DNA of 64,000 nucleotides from an uncultured Clostridia bacterium (GTDB taxonomy: Bacteria; Bacillota; Clostridia; Christensenellales; HGM11417), in NCBI GenBank assembly GCA_944332455.1, contig CALVJY010000001.1, forward strand, positions 77,872 through 141,871. The letters are read 5' to 3'. A program made the position numbers and the translations under genes. Position 1 is the first letter of the stretch, and each line of letters begins with the position of its first letter. Under the pieces are notes generated by a model. That model had not been told where the DNA came from and ran no database searches. It saw nothing but the letters and a program-made list of their open reading frames with translations. Positions 57,932-64,000 of the stretch are shown here, piece after piece.

Positions 57932-57955
57932 CAATCTTTGGGCGGTGTCACCTTA
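57932..57955 (-). repeat. End fragment of the rod-shaped element family
   Basis: taaggtgacaccgcccaaagattg resembles the 5' ends of copies A and B. Confidence 0.5.
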
Positions 57956-58125
57956 ATGATGTCTAATTGTTATATACCAAAGGCTTTAAGGTCCCTTTCG
58001 CCCGGGAAGGCTTGTCCCTCCGGGCATGACCGGACGTTCAAAAATCTTTTTCAGCCCGCCTTTTTCAAAAAAACAGTTCTTTCGTTTTTCGGGAAAGGGC
58101 TTGTCCGCCCCGGCCCCGGAAGGGG

Positions 58126-59376
58126 TCAGGTCCGGCGGATGTTCCCGCCCAGCGCCGAGAGGGTGTCCTCCAGGCGTTCATAGCCCCGGTCGATGTGGCC
58201 AATGTCCCGCACCACGGTCTCCCCCTCGGCAACAAGACCTGCCAGCACCAGGGCGGCGCCCCCGCGCAGGTCGTGGGCCCTGACCTCGGCGCCGTGCAGC
58301 CGTTCCACCCCCCGCACCATGGCGATGCGGTCGCGGACGGTGATGTCCGCCCCCATGCGGATGAGTTCGGCCGCGTGCTTGAACCGGGTCTCGAAGATGG
58401 TCTCCAAAATCATGCCCGTCCCCTCGCCCACGGTCAAAAGGGCCAGGTACTGCGCCTGGAGGTCGGTGGGAAAGCCGGGATAGGGCGAGGTCTCCACCTT
58501 ATGTACGTTCCGGGGCCGCCCGTTGGCGGCTATTCTTATTTTATCATCAAAAAGGGTAATTTTGCAAGCACTTTCACGCAGTTTGAAGATCAGGGAGGAA
58601 AGATGTTCGGGAATGACATTTTTTAACAAAATTTCCCCTCCGCACATGGCGCAGGCGATCATCAGGGTGCCGGCGGCGATCCGGTCGGGTATGGGCCGGA
58701 ATTCCACCCCGTGCAGTTCCTCCACCCCTTCGATCTCCACCGTGGAACAGCCCGCGCCGTACACCCTGGCCCCCATGCGGTTGAGCATGGCCTGCAGGTC
58801 CGCGATCTCCGGCTCCTTGGCCGCGTTCAGGATGCGGGTCCTGCCCTTTGCCCGGACCGCCGCCATCATGATGTTTTCGGTGGCCCCCACGCTGGGAAAG
58901 TCCAGATGCACCAGGCCGCCCCGCATTTTCCGCCCGTCGCAGACGATGGCCCCGCCCTGTTCGGAGATCTCGGCGCCCAGGCAGGCCAGCCCCTTCAGGT
59001 GGAGGTCGATGGGCCGAAGGCCGATGTCGCATCCCCCCGGATAGGCCACCACCGCCCGCCCGAACCGCCCCAGCATGGGGCCGAGCAGAAAGATGGAGGA
59101 GCGCAGCTCCTTGGCCGGGCCGGTGGGCATTTCGCACCGGTCGGCGGGGCCGGCGTCGATGATCAGGTCCTCTCCCTCCCGGGAGACTTCGCAGCCCAGC
59201 CCGGTCAGGATCTCCCCCATGTTGCGGACGTCCGCAATGGCCGGGCAGCGGCGGAGGCGGACGGGTTCCCCGGTCAGAACGGCGGCGGCCATCAGGGGCA
59301 GGACGGCGTTTTTGGAGGTCTGCACTTCGACCTCTCCCCGCAGCCGGTTTCCGCCCGTTATCGCGAAGTTTCCCAT
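58126..59376 (-). CDS. murA: UDP-N-acetylglucosamine 1-carboxyvinyltransferase
   Basis: KNAVLP, PGGCDIGLRPIDLH, SVGATEN, PGFPTDLQ, DLRGGA. Confidence 0.96.
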   Translation of the reverse strand: MGNFAITGGNRLRGEVEVQTSKNAVLPLMAAAVLTGEPVRLRRCPAIADVRNMGEILTGLGCEVSREGEDLIIDAGPADRCEMPTGPAKELRSSIFLLGPMLGRFGRAVVAYPGGCDIGLRPIDLHLKGLACLGAEISEQGGAIVCDGRKMRGGLVHLDFPSVGATENIMMAAVRAKGRTRILNAAKEPEIADLQAMLNRMGARVYGAGCSTVEIEGVEELHGVEFRPIPDRIAAGTLMIACAMCGGEILLKNVIPEHLSSLIFKLRESACKITLFDDKIRIAANGRPRNVHKVETSPYPGFPTDLQAQYLALLTVGEGTGMILETIFETRFKHAAELIRMGADITVRDRIAMVRGVERLHGAEVRAHDLRGGAALVLAGLVAEGETVVRDIGHIDRGYERLEDTLSALGGNIRRT

Positions 59377-59772
59377 AAAAGCTTCCTCCTGTCGTAAAAG
59401 CCTCAATAATCCAATATATGACTTCCGGAAAATTTCGGTGCGGAAGCCGCCTGCCCTCCCTCCGCCCCTCCTGCGCGCCGGACCTCCCCTTCGTCCGCTC
59501 CGCAATTTCGACAAGAGGGGTGTGATATTTAAGAATACGGTCAGAAAGGAGAAAAAAACGATGACCCGTTTTTGATTCTGACTGCGCGCTTTACGGCGGT
59601 CGTCCGGCCGGCCTTTGGGGCCGCTCCCGGGGCGCCCCCTCCGGAGCCGGAGCCTCAGGGCTTTCGCCCGGGAGACCTCAAAAAGACAGACTCCCCGGGC
59701 CGCCTGGGCGCCGAAGAGCCTGTTCAAAATGCCTTTCCCCTTTTTCCTTTGCGATCTTACATCGTTCAATAA

Positions 59773-60957
59773 TCATTTATTTCCCGATTTTTTCCGCCTT
59801 TTCCCCCTTGCGGCGGGCGTCTTCAGGGCGGGAAGGCGGTCCGACAGCGGGGCGGCGGAGGCCGAGATGTTCTGCAGGATGCCCATGCCGCCCAAAAAGA
59901 CGGTCAGCGAGCTTCCCCCGTAGCTGATAAAGGGCAGGGGCAGGCCGGTGGGCGGAATGGAGCCGGTGACCACGGCCACGTTGACGGCCACCTGCACGGC
60001 CACCAGGGCGGTGATCCCGGCGGCCAGGTAGCAGCGGAAGCGGTCGGGGGCGTTGACGGCCGTCCGGATCCCCCGGGCGATCAGGAACAGGAACAGGCCC
60101 AGCACGCCCAGACAGCCGAACAGCCCCAGCTCCTCTCCGATGACCGAAAAGATGAAGTCGGACTCGGCGAAGGGCAGAAATTCAAACTTCTGCCGGGAAT
60201 TGCCCAGGCCCACCCCGAACAGGCCGCCGCTGCCCAGTCCGTAGAGGGACTGGATGAGCTGATAGCCCTCGTCCTTGGGGTTGGCCCAGGGATCCAGAAA
60301 GGCGATGAGCCGGTTCATGCGGTAGGGCTCCAGCCAGATCAGCAGGGGGATCAGAAGCACCAGGGGCAGCGTCAGAGCCAGCAGGTGTCTGATCCTGGCC
60401 CCGCTGAAGAACAGCATGGCCATCATCACGGCGGCCACGCAGACGGTGATGGACATGTTGGGCTCGGCGATGATGAGCAGGCAGGTCGCCCCGCCCGCCC
60501 CCAGAATGGGGAGCAGGGTGGAAAACTTTTCCATTTTGCCGGCCCGGTCGGCGGCATAGGCGGCCGAAAAGATCACAAAGGCGAACTTGGCGATCTCGGA
60601 GGGCTGCAGGGTGACGCCGCCGAGGCCGATCCATCGTCTGGCGCCGTAGTTCTCCACCCCCAGCCCGGGCACGAAGACCAGGGCCAGCAAAACCTGCGAA
60701 CCCCCGAACAGGGGGAGGGCCCACTTTTTCAGCCGGTCCAGATCCAGAAAGCAAAAGAAGGCAAAGGCGCACCCCCCGGCCACGAAGCCCAGGAACTGCT
60801 TTTTGACAAAGTACAGGCTGTCCCCGGTGTCGCGCTGCGCGGTGTAGCTGGAGGCCGACCAGATCATCACCATGCCCAGCGCCGAGAGCAGGAACACGGT
60901 GACGGCGATGCTCCAGTCCGCCCGTCTGGCCTCAAAAGGTCTGAGCAATTTCAGCAA
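59773..60957 (-). CDS. ftsW: SEDS family peptidoglycan polymerase FtsW/SpoVE
   Basis: GARRWI, QPSEIAK, SDFIFSVIGEELG, PTGLPLPFISYGGSS. Confidence 0.93.
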   Translation of the reverse strand: MLKLLRPFEARRADWSIAVTVFLLSALGMVMIWSASSYTAQRDTGDSLYFVKKQFLGFVAGGCAFAFFCFLDLDRLKKWALPLFGGSQVLLALVFVPGLGVENYGARRWIGLGGVTLQPSEIAKFAFVIFSAAYAADRAGKMEKFSTLLPILGAGGATCLLIIAEPNMSITVCVAAVMMAMLFFSGARIRHLLALTLPLVLLIPLLIWLEPYRMNRLIAFLDPWANPKDEGYQLIQSLYGLGSGGLFGVGLGNSRQKFEFLPFAESDFIFSVIGEELGLFGCLGVLGLFLFLIARGIRTAVNAPDRFRCYLAAGITALVAVQVAVNVAVVTGSIPPTGLPLPFISYGGSSLTVFLGGMGILQNISASAAPLSDRLPALKTPAARGKRRKKSGNK

Positions 60958-62251
60958 AGCGCTCCCCCCTCTGCTCGAAATTCGCAAACTGGTCGAAGGA
61001 GGCGCACCCCGGCGAGAGCAGCAGCACCTCCCCCGGCGCGCACAGCGAAAAGGCGGTCTCGGCCGCCGCCGTGAAATCGGGCAGGCTGACGAACTTCACG
61101 CCGGCCGCCCGGGCGGCCGCTTCCATCTTCTGTCCGGCCTCGCCGTACAGCACGCAGGCCTTGACGTTGGCGGGCAGCTCCCGGAAAAAGGAAGAAAAGT
61201 CCTCTCCCTTGTCCGAGCCGCCCAGGATCTGGACCACCGGCTTTTGGAAGTTTTCGGCCGCCCGGACGGCCGCCGCCGCGTTGGTGGCCTTGGAATCGTC
61301 CACGATCTCCACCCCGTTTTTCTCCCGCACCCGCTCCAGCCGGTGGGGCAGCCCGGAAAATCCGCGCAGGGCCGAACGCACCGCCTCGTCCGAACACCCG
61401 GCCAGCTTGGCCATGGTGACGGCGCAGAGGGCGTCCGACAGGCCGAAGCGGCCGGGCAGGCGGCAGTCCTCCACTTCGGCGGTCTTTTTCTGGCAGAACA
61501 GGATGTCTCCCCGGCGGACGCAGCAGCCGTACTTGAGGCTTTTGGTCCGGGAGAAGCCGTACAGCTTGGCATAGGTGGGCAGCCGGCGGCAGCTTAAGCC
61601 CTCGTCGTCCAGATCGATGATGCAGAAGTCCTGCCGGGTCTGGTTCTGGAACAGCCGGCACTTGGCAGCATAGTAGGCCTCGACGTCGGCGTGCCGGTTG
61701 AGGTGATCGGGGGCAAAATTGACAAAGGCCGCGATGTGGGGATTGAAGGAGAGGGTCTCCTCCAACTGAAAGGAGGAGAGCTCCGCCACGATCTTGTCGA
61801 AGGGCCGGTCGGCCACCGCGCTCAGGGGCAGGCCGATGTTGCCGGCCAGAGCCGTCTTTTTCCCGTCGGCCTCCAGCATTTTGGCCAGCAGGGTGACCAC
61901 GGTGGACTTGCCGTTGGTCCCCGTGACGGCCAGCACCTCCCCCTGCAGCCCCCCGAAGGCATAGTCCGGTTCGGTCCAGACCGGGATATGTAAACGCGCC
62001 AGTTCGGCCCGGGCGGGGTGCGAGGGCGGAAAGCCTGGGCTGGTCACCGCGTAATCGGGGAGGATCTCGCCAAAGTCCCGGACTTCCGCCAGAAAGGCCC
62101 CCCGCTTCAGCAGGCCGAACAGCTGCTCGGCAAAGCCGCCCTTGACGCTGTCGTCGTACAGAAAGACCAGGTCTCCCCTTCTTAAGGCCCGGTCGGCCAC
62201 CGCCGTTCCGGTGACGGAGACCCCCAGCACCAGCACTTTTTTGATCTGCAT
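60932..62251 (-). CDS. murD: UDP-MurNAc-L-Ala:D-Glu ligase
   Basis: TGTNGKST, AGNIG, ELSSFQLE, HRLE, DDSKATN, SPGCASFD. Confidence 0.95.
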   Translation of the reverse strand: MQIKKVLVLGVSVTGTAVADRALRRGDLVFLYDDSVKGGFAEQLFGLLKRGAFLAEVRDFGEILPDYAVTSPGFPPSHPARAELARLHIPVWTEPDYAFGGLQGEVLAVTGTNGKSTVVTLLAKMLEADGKKTALAGNIGLPLSAVADRPFDKIVAELSSFQLEETLSFNPHIAAFVNFAPDHLNRHADVEAYYAAKCRLFQNQTRQDFCIIDLDDEGLSCRRLPTYAKLYGFSRTKSLKYGCCVRRGDILFCQKKTAEVEDCRLPGRFGLSDALCAVTMAKLAGCSDEAVRSALRGFSGLPHRLERVREKNGVEIVDDSKATNAAAAVRAAENFQKPVVQILGGSDKGEDFSSFFRELPANVKACVLYGEAGQKMEAAARAAGVKFVSLPDFTAAAETAFSLCAPGEVLLLSPGCASFDQFANFEQRGERFAEIAQTF

Positions 62252-62320
62252 ATCGTCATCCTCCCGAATCGAAAATAGGTTTCCCTGCCAAAGTCCGGCG
62301 GCCCGGGACCGGGTCCCCGT

Positions 62321-63304
62321 TCACAGGCAGAAGATCAGCGTGAAGGCGCTCACCGCGGCCGTGACCGCGAAGTACAGCGCCGTGATGCGGTTTTCGTGCA
62401 TGCCCTTCATCTGCAGGTGGTGGTGGAAGGGCGCCATGAGGAAGATCCGCTTCCGGGTCAGTTTGAAGGAGGCCACCTGCAGAATGACCGAAAGGCAGCT
62501 GACCACGAACATGACGCCGAACAGGGGGAGAAAGAGGGCGTAGGGCGTGAACAGGGCCATGGCGGCGATCAGGCCGCCCAAGGCCAGCGACCCGGTGTCC
62601 CCCATGAACACTCTGGCCGGAAAGGCGTTGAAGAGCAAAAAGGCCAGCAGTCCCCCCATCGCCGCCGCGCTCAGCAGGGCAAAGCCGTGCAAAATGCCGG
62701 CGCTGCCCGGATCGCCCAGTTCCTCGGCCGAGCGGATGCCCAGGGCCAGCAGGACGAAGAAGGCGAGCAGATACCCCAGCACGGTCCGGGCGGCCAGCCC
62801 GTCCAGGCCGTCGGTCAGGTTGACGCCGTTGGTGGCGGCCAGAAAGACGAACACCGCAAAGGGCAGGTACCATCCCCCCAGATCCAGCGAGCCTCCCGCG
62901 AACGGCAGGACCAGCCGGGTGCCAAGTTCCCGGGCATAAAAAGCCGCGATGCAGGCGATGATCAGCTGGAATCCCGCCTTCTGCCAGGCCGACAGCCCCT
63001 TGTTGTTCCCCCTCCGCACCTTTAAAAAGTCATCCAGAAAGCCGACCACGCCGTAGCTGAGCATGATGGCCAGCGCCAGCAGGACGGGATGGGAGCCGAG
63101 GGCAAAGGGGAGGACGGCCAGCGTGATGCCCAGAATGAAGATCCACCCGCCCATGGTGGGGGTCCCGGCTTTTGAGCTGTGTTCGGCCACATAGTGCAAA
63201 ATGGGCTGCCCGGCCTTCCGCCGCCGCAGGAAGGGGATCAGGATCCCGCCCGCGATCAGCGAGAGCAAAAAGGAGGCCAGCAGGATGATCAGGTCTTGTC
63301 TCAT
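62321..63304 (-). CDS. mraY: Phospho-MurNAc-pentapeptide transferase
   Basis: KAGTPTMGG, NLTDGLDGL, FMGDTGS, APFHHH. Confidence 0.96.
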   Translation of the reverse strand: MRQDLIILLASFLLSLIAGGILIPFLRRRKAGQPILHYVAEHSSKAGTPTMGGWIFILGITLAVLPFALGSHPVLLALAIMLSYGVVGFLDDFLKVRRGNNKGLSAWQKAGFQLIIACIAAFYARELGTRLVLPFAGGSLDLGGWYLPFAVFVFLAATNGVNLTDGLDGLAARTVLGYLLAFFVLLALGIRSAEELGDPGSAGILHGFALLSAAAMGGLLAFLLFNAFPARVFMGDTGSLALGGLIAAMALFTPYALFLPLFGVMFVVSCLSVILQVASFKLTRKRIFLMAPFHHHLQMKGMHENRITALYFAVTAAVSAFTLIFCL

Positions 63305-63322
63305 AGGCACTTCCCCGCGATG

Positions 63323-64000
63323 TTATGTAAGATGCAAGACCCGCCGCACGACCTCCCGGTCCGAATAGGGGTGCCGGCAGCCCGCCACCTCCTGGTACTG
63401 TTCTCCCCCCTTGCCGCAGACGATCACGGTGTCCCCCGGCTCTCCGCTCTCGACGGCGTAGGCGATGGCCCGGGTCCGGTTTTCGATGAGGATGTAGCGG
63501 CCGGTCAGCCCCCGTTCGATCTCCTGCATGATGGCGAAGGGGTCCTCGAAGCGGGGATTGTCCGAGGTCACCACGCAAAAGTCGGCCAGTTCCCCGGCGA
63601 TCCGCCCCATGATCGGGCGCTTGGCCCGGTCCCGGTTTCCCCCGCACCCGAACACGCAGATCAGCCTCCCCTTTGTCATGGCCCGGGCGGCCTTCAGGAC
63701 GTTCCGCAGCCCGTCCGGGGTGTGCGCAAAGTCCACGATCACGGTCAGCTCGCCCCGGTGGAAGACGTTAAAGCGGCCCTCCACCTCCCGCAGCGCGGCG
63801 ATCCCGGCCGCGATGGACTTGTCCGGCACCCCCAGGGCGGCCGCCGCCCCGGCCGCGGCCAGCATGTTGTAGACGTTGAACTGTCCGTGCAGCCGGCAGC
63901 GGACCTCCAGCGGCCGGTCAAAGAGGTTGACCAGCGCGGAAAAGCCCTCCCTGGCGTGCCGGACGCGGTCGGCGTAGATCTCGGCGGTATGGTCGAGGGC
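63323..64000 (-). CDS. murE: UDP-MurNAc-dipeptide:meso-DAP ligase (5'-truncated by window)
   Basis: DFAHTPDGL, FGCGGNRD, SDNPR (DAP-type), GKG. Confidence 0.94.
   Translation of the reverse strand, partial: ALDHTAEIYADRVRHAREGFSALVNLFDRPLEVRCRLHGQFNVYNMLAAAGAAAALGVPDKSIAAGIAALREVEGRFNVFHRGELTVIVDFAHTPDGLRNVLKAARAMTKGRLICVFGCGGNRDRAKRPIMGRIAGELADFCVVTSDNPRFEDPFAIMQEIERGLTGRYILIENRTRAIAYAVESGEPGDTVIVCGKGGEQYQEVAGCRHPYSDREVVRRVLHLT

Noticed and set aside
58126-63304. Absence of murG and murF from the dcw cluster
   Set aside because: These genes are often relocated in Clostridia and the window edge cuts the cluster; not informative.
2144-63872. Many long antisense or alternate-frame ORFs (e.g. 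2144..4048, 9703..11679, 19207..20841, 32672..34963, 49720..51327)
   Set aside because: Shadow ORFs expected from high GC3 opposite well-supported genes; no motifs or RBS.

Overview
GC-rich core-genome segment of a probably spore-forming Clostridia-class Firmicute (spoVM-like peptide, remA, rny). Nearly all genes lie on the minus strand. The housekeeping blocks are rpmG-secE-nusG-rplKAJL, recF/dnaA, rny, degV-lepB, gatCAB-yicC-remA-gmk-rpoZ-coaBC-priA-def-fmt-rsmB-rlmN-rsgA-rpe-thiN-spoVM, and the dcw cluster murE-mraY-murD-ftsW-murA-ftsQ-ftsA-ftsZ. No rRNA, tRNA, CRISPR array or transposase was seen. Most notable: (1) a dispersed family of ~140-175 nt rod-folding intergenic elements, with two full divergent copies right behind promoters (one in tandem with a Mn2+ riboswitch) and three fragments; (2) a membrane protein with a ribosomal uL15-like C-terminal domain and a truncated tandem paralog; (3) a 1137-aa mosaic type IV pilin behind a ~620 nt structured leader; (4) dnaA detached from dnaN and from visible DnaA boxes, sharing face-to-face promoters with recF; (5) a BRO-N gene bounded by a perfect 42-bp duplication of a host gene 3' end; (6) an XRE-ADP-ribosylglycohydrolase fusion and a class III Fic gene. 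All calls come from reading motifs by eye; no searches were run.
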